64,000 nucleotides of DNA, taken from Betaproteobacteria bacterium. Lineage in GTDB: Bacteria > Pseudomonadota > Gammaproteobacteria > Burkholderiales > Rhodocyclaceae. A program made the position numbers and the translations under genes. The notes under the pieces are model-generated. The model ran no database searches and had not been told where the DNA came from. It worked only from the letters and a program-made list of their open reading frames with translations. Positions 46,138 to 56,291 of this stretch are shown here, piece after piece (the first letter of the stretch is position 1; each line of letters begins with the position of its first letter). The stretch spans positions 8,654-72,653 of the forward strand of contig WREK01000001.1 of assembly GCA_009779355.1 (NCBI GenBank). Reading direction: 5' to 3'.

Positions 46138-46764
46138 ATGCCGGTAGAAACCGGCAAGCGCCCAAGTCAGAGGCAATGGGCGGAAGCGGAAGCGCTGTGG
46201 GAGGCTGGCGAAGTTACGCTGCCCTTTCTTGCGTCCAAACTAAAAGTAAGCACATCTGGCATTTCGCTGCACATGAAGCGGCGCGGCATCGTTCGTGGCT
46301 CCAAGGCTGAAGAACACAAGAAGCGCGTCGCGGAAGCCGTCACCAGTGCCGCAATCGACGACGCAACCGTTCACGCCGGTCGTATCCGCGAGACAAAGGA
46401 ACAGCACTACCAGATGGCTGCCGGCATTTCTAAGCTGGCGTGGAACGAGGTCATCAGCGCGAAAGCCAACGGCACGCCTTTCTCTGCTATTGCTGGCAAC
46501 CTCAAAAGTCTCGACGCAGCCATGACAGTGCTGTTGAAAGCCCGCAATGAGCGATGGGCTGTCCTCGGTCTGGATCGCGCCGACACCATCGACAACGATG
46601 GTTTGCCACAACTGCTGATCTCGGAGCTGACCGCCGAACAGATCGAAGATCTGCGTTCCCGCGAATTCAATGAATTCGACGACATGGCGGGTGAGGTGGC
46701 GCAGATGGACGTCAACACGTTCGATAGCGCCAACAACGCAAAGAGCAACGAAGAGGACGAATAG
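46138..46764 (+). CDS. Terminase small subunit (probable)
   Basis: N-terminal HTH; directly upstream of the large terminase. Confidence 0.7.
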   Translation: MPVETGKRPSQRQWAEAEALWEAGEVTLPFLASKLKVSTSGISLHMKRRGIVRGSKAEEHKKRVAEAVTSAAIDDATVHAGRIRETKEQHYQMAAGISKLAWNEVISAKANGTPFSAIAGNLKSLDAAMTVLLKARNERWAVLGLDRADTIDNDGLPQLLISELTAEQIEDLRSREFNEFDDMAGEVAQMDVNTFDSANNAKSNEEDE

Positions 46765-48011
46765 TGGCTCTTCAGGCAAAGCTCGACCTGCACCCGAAAC
46801 AAATGGAGGTCTATCGCAGCCGGGCGCGTTTTCGCGTTGTTGTTGCTGGTCGCCGGTGGGGCAAGTCGCAGCTTTCCAAGGTGCTGATGATTACCAAGGC
46901 GGCAAACAAGCCCAAGCAGAAGGTTTGGTATGTAGCGCCAACCTACCGCATGGCAAAGCAGATTCTCTGGACGGATTTGCTTGACGCGATTCCTGACAAG
47001 TGGATCAAGAAAGTCAACGAAACCAACCTGTCCATCAGTCTCGTGAACGGCAGTCGGATTGAGTTGAGAGGCGCGGATAAAGCCGATTCGCTGCGCGGCG
47101 TTGGTATTCACTTTCTGGTGCTGGACGAGTATCAGGACATGAGCGAGGAAACCTGGAGCATGGTGCTTCGCCCGACGCTTGCAGACACTGGTGGCCACGC
47201 GATTTTTATCGGGACGCCCAAAAGCTACAATGCCTTGTATGCCCTCTACAAGCTCGGCCAAGACCCGGAGCAGATAGCGGCGGGGCAATGGGAGTCCTGG
47301 CAATTCCCAACTATTTCATCCCCCTATATTGCGTTGTCGGAAATCGCCGCCGCAAAAGCGGACATGGATGAAAAGAGCTTTCAGCAGGAATTTGAAGCCT
47401 CGTTCACGACGATGAGCGGGCGCGTCTATTACCCGTTCGACCGGAAAGAACACGTCGGCAATTATCAGTTCGATCCGAAGCTGCCGATCTGGATTGGTAT
47501 GGACTTCAACATTGACCCCATGAGCGCCATCATCATTCAGCCGCAGATGTCGGGCGAATTGTGGGCCGTGGATGAAATCGTGCAGTTCAGCTCGAATACG
47601 GAAGAAATCTGCGAAGCCATCGACAAGAAATACTGGCGCAACCAGCGGGCGATCACGATCTATCCAGACCCCGCCGGCGGACAGCGCCAGCACGCACGCG
47701 GCGAAACCGACATCGACATCCTGCGCGAAAAGGGCTTCAAGCATGTCAAATGTCGCCGCAAGAACCCCTTTGTCGCCGACCGCGTGAATGCCGTCAATCG
47801 CATGTTGCGGTCAGCGGATGGAACCATCCGCCTGCGTATCGACGCTTCTTGCAAGCACCTCATCAATGCCTTTGAGCAAACCATCTACAAGCCAGGCAGT
47901 CGGGACGTAGACAAGGACGCCAGCGTTGAACATGCCGCCGACGCGGCAGGTTACTGCATCGAGCTTGAGCATCCGGTGCGCAAGGTTGAAATCGGCGGTT
48001 TGTCCCGCTAA
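46764..48011 (+). CDS. Terminase large subunit
   Basis: LHPKQ, AGRRWGKS, LRG, LVLDE, GTP, FQQEFEA, GMDFN and HAADA motifs. Confidence 0.95.
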   Translation: MALQAKLDLHPKQMEVYRSRARFRVVVAGRRWGKSQLSKVLMITKAANKPKQKVWYVAPTYRMAKQILWTDLLDAIPDKWIKKVNETNLSISLVNGSRIELRGADKADSLRGVGIHFLVLDEYQDMSEETWSMVLRPTLADTGGHAIFIGTPKSYNALYALYKLGQDPEQIAAGQWESWQFPTISSPYIALSEIAAAKADMDEKSFQQEFEASFTTMSGRVYYPFDRKEHVGNYQFDPKLPIWIGMDFNIDPMSAIIIQPQMSGELWAVDEIVQFSSNTEEICEAIDKKYWRNQRAITIYPDPAGGQRQHARGETDIDILREKGFKHVKCRRKNPFVADRVNAVNRMLRSADGTIRLRIDASCKHLINAFEQTIYKPGSRDVDKDASVEHAADAAGYCIELEHPVRKVEIGGLSR

Positions 48012-48030
48012 CTCCAAAAGCAAAGAAATA

Positions 48031-49689
48031 ATGAAATTCAAACCTGGACAAATCGCCACGATTGACCCGACCGAGGAGTCGGAGCAGTCGGTTCTTCCGC
48101 AAACCGACGAGCAGAAGCGGCTCAAAGCGCTGATCGCTCGTCGTCACCCGGAATACGAGAAAAAGATCAAGCACTGGAAATTTCTCGAAGATACCTACGA
48201 GGGTGGCCGTGACTGGTTCGAGGAAAACACCTTTCGCTACATCAAGGAGGGCGAACAGGAATTCTCCGAGCGCGTAATGCGCTGCTACCGCTTCAATCAC
48301 AGCCGCGAAGTTGTGGATCTAATCAACAAATACCTGTTCAAGCAGAACATCACGCGCTCGGAAGATGCCCCGGAAAGCGTCAGAACCTTCTGGAAGAGGG
48401 CCACCAAGTCTGGTCTAAGCATCACCGAGTTCATGCGTCAGGCGAGCAAGCGCACGTCAATGCAGGGGCGCATCGGCATCGTGGTCGATACCACTGCGCC
48501 GTCTGGTGAAATGCTGTCGAAGGCCGACGAGAAGGCTGCCGGCGTTCGCACCTACGCCTACTCAGTCGGCCCAGAACAGCTTCTCGATTACTCCTTCGAT
48601 AAGGACGGCGAACTAAACTGGGTGATTGTCCGCGAATGCGTCCGTGACGACACCGATCCCTTCATGTCATCTGGCGAACAGAGCGACCGCTACAGGTTGT
48701 GGACAAAAGAAGGTTGGCAACTGTTCGAGGAGCGCAAACAGGGCCGCAAGAAGGTCGTGATAAAGGTCGATGAAGGCGAATACGACATCGGCGTGGTGCC
48801 GGTAATTCTGGCCGATCACGTCATCAATGACAATGAATACGAATCGCCGGCCATGATCGACGATATCGCCTACTTGGATCGCGCAGTCGCCAATTACCTC
48901 TCGAACCTAGACGCCATCATTCAGGATCAGACCTTCTCCCAACTCGCCATGCCAGCACAGAACGTCCTGCCGGGTGAGGACAAATTCACCAAGATGCTCG
49001 AAATGGGAACCAAGCGTGTGTTCCTGTATGACGGCGAGGGTGGCGCCACCCCGTTCTACCTGAACCCCGATGTAAAGCAGGCGGAACTGATTGTCACCGT
49101 CATCAACAAGATCATCGGCGAGATTTACCACACGGTCGGCTTGGCCGGAGAGCGCACCAAACAGGATAACGCTGTTGGCATCGACAACTCTTCTGGCGTT
49201 GCCAAGGCTTACGACTTCGAGCGAGTGAATGCCCTGTTGGCCGCGAAGGCGGACAGTCTTGAAACCATCGAGAACAAGATCGCCCATCTGGTAGCTCTGT
49301 GGAATGGCGAAGAAGTCCGGTCGGATGACGATATCGTTTCTTACCCGGACAACTTCGACACACGCGGACTCTACGATGAATTCGACATCGCGGCGCGTTT
49401 GATGCTGATTGACGCCCCGGACACGATTCGCCGCGAGCAGATGACGATGGTGCTGAACAAGTTGTTCCCGCAGATGAAGGCCGATCTTCGCAAGAAGATC
49501 GAGGCCGAACTGAGTGGCTGGCCGGTCGATCCCATCGAGGAAGCCACGCGCCTTTCCCAGCTTAATGACAACTCACCCAACGCCTTCACCTCTGTTAAGA
49601 AGGGCAACACACCCACGCCGGCGGGCGGGGAGGGCAAGAAGCCGGCCAGCGACAAGCGCCAGGGACAGGTGACGAAGGAATCGAAGTAA
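48031..49689 (+). CDS. Portal protein
   Basis: Position, size, HPEY..W..Y.GG N-terminus, SGVAKAYDF. Confidence 0.85.
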   Translation: MKFKPGQIATIDPTEESEQSVLPQTDEQKRLKALIARRHPEYEKKIKHWKFLEDTYEGGRDWFEENTFRYIKEGEQEFSERVMRCYRFNHSREVVDLINKYLFKQNITRSEDAPESVRTFWKRATKSGLSITEFMRQASKRTSMQGRIGIVVDTTAPSGEMLSKADEKAAGVRTYAYSVGPEQLLDYSFDKDGELNWVIVRECVRDDTDPFMSSGEQSDRYRLWTKEGWQLFEERKQGRKKVVIKVDEGEYDIGVVPVILADHVINDNEYESPAMIDDIAYLDRAVANYLSNLDAIIQDQTFSQLAMPAQNVLPGEDKFTKMLEMGTKRVFLYDGEGGATPFYLNPDVKQAELIVTVINKIIGEIYHTVGLAGERTKQDNAVGIDNSSGVAKAYDFERVNALLAAKADSLETIENKIAHLVALWNGEEVRSDDDIVSYPDNFDTRGLYDEFDIAARLMLIDAPDTIRREQMTMVLNKLFPQMKADLRKKIEAELSGWPVDPIEEATRLSQLNDNSPNAFTSVKKGNTPTPAGGEGKKPASDKRQGQVTKESK

Positions 49690-49765
49690 CCCCGTGCGGG
49701 TCAAGAGATCGACCCGCACAACTCAACCAATGGCCTAGAGACTGGCCGACGAAAGGAAACAAGAA

Positions 49766-50623
49766 ATGGCAGTAACCCGCAATGTTTGGATCAAGTATCA
49801 CAGCCCGGCTGGCGATGGTGGCGATGGTGGTAGTGGTGGCCCTGGCGCTGGTGGCGATAGCGCTGGTGGTTCTGGTGGTAGTTCGTCCGACGACAAGGAC
49901 GGCGATGGTGATGACGGCGGCAAGCCCGACGACAAGGGTGGCAAGAAGGGGCCGACCGATGAAGAGGCTCGTTTGTTGAAGGAGAACATGAAGCGGAAGG
50001 AAGAGCTGCGCAAGACTCAGGAAGAGCTGACGACGCTCAAGGACTCCATCAAGGATCTCGACCTGGACGCCGTGCGCAAACTGCTGGCTGAACAGAAAAC
50101 CGCCGAAGAAAAGGCGCTGGAGGCGAAGGGCGACTATGACCGACTGAAGCAGCGCATGGCCGAGGAGCATGGCAAGGAAGTGACGACCATGAAGGCGAAG
50201 ATTGCCGAGCTTGAGGGAAGTGTCGGCAAGGCCAATGGCATCATCAACGATCTGACGGTCGGCACGCAGTTCGGCCAATCGCAATTTGTCGCTAGCGAGC
50301 TGACTCTGACGCCGACCAAGGCCCGCGTGATCTACGGCGACCACTTTGACATCGAGGACGGCAAGGTTGTCGGCTACGACAAGCCTCGCGGCGCCGCTAG
50401 CCGCACCGCGCTGGTTGATCAGTATGGCAATGCGGTTGGCTTCGACGCGGCCCTGCGCAAGATCGTTGAGGCAGACCCGGAGAAGGATCGCATGCTGAAG
50501 AGCAAGGTTAAGCCCGGTGCCGGCAGCGACTCCAGAAAGGCGAGCGGTGATCCGGCAAAGGATGCGCCTGGCGATTCGATGAGCAAGATCGCCGCCGGCC
50601 TGAAGGGACTGAAAATCGCCTGA
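49766..50623 (+). CDS. Capsid scaffolding protein
   Basis: G/D-rich N-terminus, coiled coil, GAGS; lies before the major capsid gene. Confidence 0.75.
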   Translation: MAVTRNVWIKYHSPAGDGGDGGSGGPGAGGDSAGGSGGSSSDDKDGDGDDGGKPDDKGGKKGPTDEEARLLKENMKRKEELRKTQEELTTLKDSIKDLDLDAVRKLLAEQKTAEEKALEAKGDYDRLKQRMAEEHGKEVTTMKAKIAELEGSVGKANGIINDLTVGTQFGQSQFVASELTLTPTKARVIYGDHFDIEDGKVVGYDKPRGAASRTALVDQYGNAVGFDAALRKIVEADPEKDRMLKSKVKPGAGSDSRKASGDPAKDAPGDSMSKIAAGLKGLKIA

Positions 50624-50756
50624 TGCTTTCGCGGTGCGTTGGTCTAGTAAGTGATTACTAGACAAAGACCGCGAATTATGTTAATGTATTGTTCGTCGGT
50701 GACTAGAGAGACGTAGGCCGAAAACCCCAACCTCTCTTTTCACCGAAAGGACAAAA

Positions 50757-51644
50757 ATGCCTCTGTTGAAAGTGGAAGCTGAAAAGCTGTCCAACAACCA
50801 ACTGGTTTCGGGCGTGATCGACGAGATCATCTTCCGTGACGATATGTTTGCCATTCTCCCGTTCATGGGCGTGAATGGCAAAGCCTACGTCTACAACCGT
50901 GAAAACACCCTTGGCGACGCCGAGTTCCTTGATCCGAACGATCCGATCACCGAATCCGCCGCTACCTTCACCGAAGTCGTGGCAAAGCTGCGTATCCTGG
51001 TTGGCGATGTGGATGTGGACAAGTTCCTGCAAGCCACGATGGGCGACACCAACGACCAGATGGCGATCCAGATCGCCAAGAAGGCCAAGAGCCTCGCAAT
51101 GACGTTCCACAAGACCCTGGCCCAAGGCGACGCTTCCGCCAATCCGAAGGCGTTCGATGGCCTGCCGAAGATGGTTACGCCGACGCAAACCGTGGATGTT
51201 GGCGGCCAAGCGCTGACCCTCTCGATGCTGGATGAGTTGTGCGACACCGTGCCGCATGGCGCCGACGCCCTCGTAATGCGTCGCGGCACCATCCGCGCTG
51301 TCCGAGGTCTGCTCCGCGCTACCTACGGCACCGATGCCGTGATGCAGCAGGGTCTGAACTTCGATGGTCGTCCGGTGCTGACCCACAACGGCATTCCGAT
51401 CATCATGAATGAGTATCTGGACGGCAATGAAAATGGCAACACCTGCTCCGTTTACGCCGTTCGCATGAACGAGCTGGATGGTCTGCACGGCATCTACGGT
51501 GGCGACAATGCCGGCATCGTGGTTGAGAACATCGGCACCGTTCAGAACAAGGACGCGACCCGCATCCGTCTGAAGTGGTATGCCGGTCTGGCGCTCAAGA
51601 GCACCCGTTCCATCGCTCGCCTGAAAGGTGTTACCAACATCTAA
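50757..51644 (+). CDS. Major capsid protein
   Basis: LPFMGVNG.AY.YNRE, GDVDVDKF, FDGL, RLKWYAGLA; highly biased codons; terminator follows. Confidence 0.9.
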   Translation: MPLLKVEAEKLSNNQLVSGVIDEIIFRDDMFAILPFMGVNGKAYVYNRENTLGDAEFLDPNDPITESAATFTEVVAKLRILVGDVDVDKFLQATMGDTNDQMAIQIAKKAKSLAMTFHKTLAQGDASANPKAFDGLPKMVTPTQTVDVGGQALTLSMLDELCDTVPHGADALVMRRGTIRAVRGLLRATYGTDAVMQQGLNFDGRPVLTHNGIPIIMNEYLDGNENGNTCSVYAVRMNELDGLHGIYGGDNAGIVVENIGTVQNKDATRIRLKWYAGLALKSTRSIARLKGVTNI

Positions 51645-51676
51645 TCTGTCCGTGTGCTGTAATAAACATTGACAAG

Positions 51677-51704
51677 AAAAGGCAGGGCGACCCCCTGCCT
51701 TTTT
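51677..51704 (+). terminator. Intrinsic terminator
   Basis: AAAAGGCAGGG/CCCTGCCTTTT. Confidence 0.8.
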
Positions 51705-51729
51705 AATTAAAAATCCTGAAAGGAAAAGC

Positions 51730-52155
51730 ATGAAACTCCGATTGACGGCCAAGGGTTGGGAAACCTACACCGGCCAAATGGGCGTGATCTTTTTCAAGGG
51801 CGGCCTGTCTGTCGATGATGTGCTGCCCGTCGATGCCGTGCGCGTCGCTGGCGTCATTGGCGCCGAGTGGGAAAACGGCAAGCCGGCCAACGTCAGCCAG
51901 ATTTACCTCGATAACCTGCACACGCAGGCGTCGTCCGTGAAGGAAGGCCGCGAACCGCCAGCGCCAGTCGCGCCGAAAGCGGAACCCGTCGCTTCTGTTG
52001 CGACCTACACCCGCGAGCAATTGGCCGATACCGCCGACAAAGAAGGTATCGTCGGCCTGCGCAAGATCGCTGAACCGTTCGGCATCAAGGGCAACTCAAT
52101 TAACGGCATGATCGACGCGATTCTGAAAGTCTCAGCCGCTCCGAAGGCCGAGTAA
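51730..52155 (+). CDS. Virion-associated hypothetical protein
   Basis: Position; small C-terminal helical domain. Confidence 0.65.
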   Translation: MKLRLTAKGWETYTGQMGVIFFKGGLSVDDVLPVDAVRVAGVIGAEWENGKPANVSQIYLDNLHTQASSVKEGREPPAPVAPKAEPVASVATYTREQLADTADKEGIVGLRKIAEPFGIKGNSINGMIDAILKVSAAPKAE

Positions 52156-53027
52156 TGAACATCTACCTCGCCGGCACGCCTGTTGCCCTGAGCGTCGTCT
52201 TGCGGGATCGCAACGGCAACGCGCTGGAGGTTGCTGCCATCGAATACCGCGTCGTCAAACAGGACGGCACCGAGGTGGTGGCGCGCTCTCCGCTGACGGG
52301 CTTCGATGGCGGATCAGAGGCCACGATAGAGATTCCCGCAGACATCAACGCGGTTGCGGTTCTTGATCCGGCGAGCATCACGGCGAGCATGATTGATGCC
52401 TTCTTTGTGCGTGAGAGCCGCACGGTGGAGTTGTTCTGCGTTGACGCAGGCGGCAACACGCTGCTGCTGACCGAGACTTACGTTCTGGAACCGGCGGAAA
52501 CGCTGATTGCCGGTTTGAACTCTTTCCAAAGCTTCAGTCAGGCGGAACTGGTGGCGATGGATATCCCGCAGCTTTCCGGTTGGGGTTCTGCAAACGAAAA
52601 GGACAAGATTGCCGCACTGATCGAAGCGCGGTTGCAAATCTGCCAGCTTCGCTTCGACATTCTGAACTCGAACGTCAGCTGGGGTCAGGACAACCTGAAC
52701 TACATCCCGGAAGGCACCTACCCGACGCCATACGCCGGCATGTTCATGTTCAGTGGTGATCTGACACTCATCACTCCTAGCAACTTCGTCAAACTGCCGC
52801 CGCGCTTCAAGATGGCGCTGTGTCGCGCCCAGGTAGCGCAGGCTGATGCGGTTCTCGGCGGCGACCCTACCGATATTCGGCGCAAGGAAGGCTTGATTCT
52901 CGAAACCATCGGTGAAGTGAAGCAGATGTTTCGGGGCGGCAAGCCGCTGGATCTTCCGGTGTCGAAGCGGGCGCTGAAATATCTGTCGCCATTCGTGTCG
53001 TTCTCCAAGCGCATTGGGCGAGGCTGA
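52155..53027 (+). CDS. Head-tail adaptor-like protein
   Basis: Position; NSF.S...ALI.A...ETIGE pattern. Confidence 0.55.
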   Translation: MNIYLAGTPVALSVVLRDRNGNALEVAAIEYRVVKQDGTEVVARSPLTGFDGGSEATIEIPADINAVAVLDPASITASMIDAFFVRESRTVELFCVDAGGNTLLLTETYVLEPAETLIAGLNSFQSFSQAELVAMDIPQLSGWGSANEKDKIAALIEARLQICQLRFDILNSNVSWGQDNLNYIPEGTYPTPYAGMFMFSGDLTLITPSNFVKLPPRFKMALCRAQVAQADAVLGGDPTDIRRKEGLILETIGEVKQMFRGGKPLDLPVSKRALKYLSPFVSFSKRIGRG

Positions 53028-53703
53028 CGTGGTTTGCGACGACTTTGCCGCGAAGCTGTCCGCCGAATACGCGCTGTTCCTGCTGGCCCTGAGCGGACGC
53101 TATCAGCAGATGCGGGCGCCCGGCGTTGAAGTTACGCCCCGCGCCATTGCTAATATGGACAAGGACGCTCGCCAGCTTGCGGGGACGTTCTATGGGACTG
53201 CCGAATGCGGTTTTGACGACTATCTGCGCACGCTGCTTGCGGACGCTTCTGACGCACTGCAAAGCGCCCTGACGGTGCGTAAAAAAGAAGCGCTTGCGCT
53301 TGTTCGCGGGATGTTGTTTGAAAATGCGCAAACCGCGATGAAGATGACAAGGACAGGTATCGGCGGCACCGTTTCGCTGCTCGGCGGGGCGCACGGTGCG
53401 ATTGGTCTGCTGGTGCAGCAACAGGCAGGCAAGATCGACTATCGCGTGACCGATACCGCTGGCCGTAAATGGAAGGCCGAAGCGTTGTTTCGCGTCGTGA
53501 CGCGGGATTTCGCCTACCAAAGTGGGATCGACAGCCAGGTCGAGCGTCTGACGTTGGCCGGTGTAAATCTCGTCGAAACACCGAAGGGGCGCGTTCTCTC
53601 GTTGCGCGGCACGGACAGCTACGAAAGCCTTGCCGACGTGCGCGAAAGCGTGTTCCACATCAACTCGCACGAATACCCGGTGCCTCATGCTGCTTCGCCC
53701 TAA
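53014..53703 (+). CDS. Virion morphogenesis hypothetical protein (start uncertain)
   Basis: D.AGRKW motif typical of minor capsid proteins. Confidence 0.55.
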   Translation: MGEADVVCDDFAAKLSAEYALFLLALSGRYQQMRAPGVEVTPRAIANMDKDARQLAGTFYGTAECGFDDYLRTLLADASDALQSALTVRKKEALALVRGMLFENAQTAMKMTRTGIGGTVSLLGGAHGAIGLLVQQQAGKIDYRVTDTAGRKWKAEALFRVVTRDFAYQSGIDSQVERLTLAGVNLVETPKGRVLSLRGTDSYESLADVRESVFHINSHEYPVPHAASP

Positions 53704-54061
53704 CCAGAACTGCCGCATTCGCAAAACGACTGGTGAGACAGACGTGTATGGCGTTCCCATCGCCGGTCCGCAGGTGGTCGAGCGCTGCGCCATCATTCGA
53801 CTCAACATCAAGAACGAAAAATCCTCGGTTCGCGCCGACACGTCGGCGTCCCGAGGCAACGCCCGCGAACTGGTGGCAGACACGATGTTTCTGCTGACCA
53901 AGAACACGGTGGCGGCAATCGACGACCTGCTGATTTTTGGCGATCAAAAATACTGGATTGTCTCGAAATTTCCCCGTCACGACCTGCAAGGCAAGCTCGA
54001 TCACTACGAGGTGACTTGCTCCATCTGGAGAGCCTGCGATGAATCTGCTTCCTCTTGCTGA
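53687..54061 (+). CDS. Head closure/stopper-like protein
   Basis: DVYG.P..HYEV; position. Confidence 0.55.
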   Translation: MLLRPNQNCRIRKTTGETDVYGVPIAGPQVVERCAIIRLNIKNEKSSVRADTSASRGNARELVADTMFLLTKNTVAAIDDLLIFGDQKYWIVSKFPRHDLQGKLDHYEVTCSIWRACDESASSC

Positions 54062-54416
54062 GAGACTTGAAAAAGAAGGTGTTGGCATCATGGCCGAAAC
54101 CATTTTCATCAACATGATTCCAGCTGATGCGCCGGAAGGCGTGCTTTTGCGGAACAAACTGCGAGGCACGGACATTGACTATGAACTGCCCGGCTATTAC
54201 CGAACGGCCTTCCAGGTCATCGTCCGTGCCACGACCTATACGGCTGGCGAGGCATTGATCCAGCGCGTGTTCGACGCTTTGGCTGTTACCGAATCGCAGA
54301 TTGGCCCGATGTATTTCAAGTTCATGCGGCCAAAGACCAAACCCGTTGTGTATCCACTCTCCAAGGGCAGCCTGTTGGAGTTCTCGGCTGACTTCGCGGT
54401 GGCGTTCACCGAATGA
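54039..54416 (+). CDS. Tail terminator-like protein
   Basis: IFINMIP..FQVIVR; position. Confidence 0.55.
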   Translation: MNLLPLAERLEKEGVGIMAETIFINMIPADAPEGVLLRNKLRGTDIDYELPGYYRTAFQVIVRATTYTAGEALIQRVFDALAVTESQIGPMYFKFMRPKTKPVVYPLSKGSLLEFSADFAVAFTE

Positions 54417-54919
54417 CGCTTGAGATCGACGGCATCGAGCGTCTGAAGCTCCAGTTGAGCCGTTTGCAAGACGTTCCCGACATGGTGAATCAGGAGTTAG
54501 AGCGGTGCGCGAAAGAGGTTGCAAAGAAAGCTCGCAACATGGCGCCATACGAATACAAGGATCTGATAGACGCAATCCAGGTCGCGCGTCGCGGCGCCCA
54601 AGGCGCAAATGGCCGTTTCATGAAAGGCGTGTCCAATTACGAGGTCTATATCAACGAAAAGCACCCGGTCAGAGACCCATCTCACAAGGGCGTCAGAACG
54701 GTTGGCGAGTATGCTTGGATAGTGCATACGCATATGGGTTGGGGGTCAACACTGGGGACGCTTCCGGGCGGCAGACCCTTCATGCCAAATGCAGAGCGCA
54801 GCTCTGGCCCGAATGGCGAGGAGCGCGGCGGGAGGTTCTTGGAGCGAGCATTGGAAGAAATGCGCAACGAGATTAACGCGAGACTTGGCAAGAAATATAT
54901 GGAAGCCGTTGAAGGCTAG
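54413..54919 (+). CDS. HK97 gp10-like neck protein
   Basis: AR.MAP...YA..VH...FLERA. Confidence 0.6.
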   Translation: MTLEIDGIERLKLQLSRLQDVPDMVNQELERCAKEVAKKARNMAPYEYKDLIDAIQVARRGAQGANGRFMKGVSNYEVYINEKHPVRDPSHKGVRTVGEYAWIVHTHMGWGSTLGTLPGGRPFMPNAERSSGPNGEERGGRFLERALEEMRNEINARLGKKYMEAVEG

Positions 54920-55016
54920 ATTTTTTGTCATTTTTATGGTAATGTATTCTAGTCAGAACTTACTAGAAAAGTAAGTCGCAAAATGCAGTTACTCCCCAAC
55001 AGAGAAAGGAATTGGA

Positions 55017-55547
55017 ATGGCAAGTGACATCAAGAACGTCAAGCTTGGTGTGTGCAAGGTGAGCTTTGGCGGCAAAGACCTTGGCTACACCAAGGGCGGC
55101 GTTGAAGTCTCCGTGAAAACGGAAACTCACAAGGTCATGATCGACCAGTTTGGCAAGACCCCCATCAATGAATACGTTATGGGCCGCGAAGTTACCGTGA
55201 AGGTGCCGCTGGCTGAAACCACGCTGGAAAACATGGTTGAGATCATGCCAGGCGCGACTCTTGTTGTTGATGGCGTCGACCCTGACCGGAAGGCCGTCAA
55301 TGTTCCGACCGGCGTTGGCACCAACCTGATCGACATCGCCAAACCGCTCGTTCTGCATCCGATTGGTAAGCCCGAAACCGACAAGTCCGACGACTTTACC
55401 GTGTTCAAGGCCGCAACCGCTGGCGCCCTCCAATTCAGCTACAAGCTTGAGGACGAGCGGATCTTTTCCTGCGAGTTCAATGGCTACCCGGATAGCAGCG
55501 GCGCCGAAAGCAAGCTGTTTGCCGTTGGCGACACTTCTGCGGTTTAA
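55017..55547 (+). CDS. Major tail tube protein
   Basis: DLGYTKGGV..DQFG..VPLAE; position. Confidence 0.8.
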   Translation: MASDIKNVKLGVCKVSFGGKDLGYTKGGVEVSVKTETHKVMIDQFGKTPINEYVMGREVTVKVPLAETTLENMVEIMPGATLVVDGVDPDRKAVNVPTGVGTNLIDIAKPLVLHPIGKPETDKSDDFTVFKAATAGALQFSYKLEDERIFSCEFNGYPDSSGAESKLFAVGDTSAV

Positions 55548-55629
55548 ACCATCTAGTCAGAATTGACTAGAGAAATTCAATCATAAACCCCGCTGCCTCA
55601 AGCGGGGTTGCCACATCAAGGAGCAATAA

Positions 55630-55950
55630 ATGAAGGTTTTGAATCTCGACAAGCTGAACAAGCAGGAAGGCCGTCAAATCGTCCTCTTTGGCAAGACGCA
55701 CGCTATCGACGGAATGACGGTGGATAACTTCATCAAAACGACCAGCGTGGCCGAACAGCTTGCCGATGAACCCTCCATCGCCAAGCAAGTCGAAGCTACT
55801 GTCGACTTGATCCTGCGCAGCGCGCCGACCATCGACCGTGCCGATCTGCTGAAGCTCGAATTGGAGCAGCTTCAAGCCATCGTCGCCTTCATCAAGGGCG
55901 AGGATGTTGATGGCGTCGAGTCCAGCGAGGGCAACGGCGAAAAAAAGTAA
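55630..55950 (+). CDS. Tail assembly chaperone (G-like)
   Basis: Ends in the slippery sequence A AAA AAG TAA. Confidence 0.8.
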   Translation: MKVLNLDKLNKQEGRQIVLFGKTHAIDGMTVDNFIKTTSVAEQLADEPSIAKQVEATVDLILRSAPTIDRADLLKLELEQLQAIVAFIKGEDVDGVESSEGNGEKK

Positions 55951-56279
55951 GTAATGCCGACATCGAGGAGCTTGATTTTGGGTTCCTCTTTTGTCGGGTA
56001 TCTCACTTCTACGCTATGTCCTACGAAGAAGTGATGCGGATGCCGATCAGGACGTTCTGGTTCATGAACTCCAATATCGAGCGCATTCAGGCACAGAAGG
56101 ACATGCGCTCCTTGACCGTTGCGGTGTGCGGGCAGGGCGGCGAGACCGCGCAACAGTTCCACGAACGTCTCATTGTCGAGGCGGGAACGGTGGTGAGGCT
56201 GAAGTTTGACCCAATGCGTAACGCGCATCGTGACGAGGCCGGGTTTTCCGCATTGAGGGATATGGCAAAACAGCAGTAA
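55941..56279 (+). CDS. Tail assembly chaperone -1 frameshift extension (T-like)
   Basis: -1 frame is open from the slippery site through ORF 56016..56279. Confidence 0.75.
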   Translation, partial: KKVSNADIEELDFGFLFCRVSHFYAMSYEEVMRMPIRTFWFMNSNIERIQAQKDMRSLTVAVCGQGGETAQQFHERLIVEAGTVVRLKFDPMRNAHRDEAGFSALRDMAKQQ

Positions 56280-56291
56280 CAAGGAATCAAA

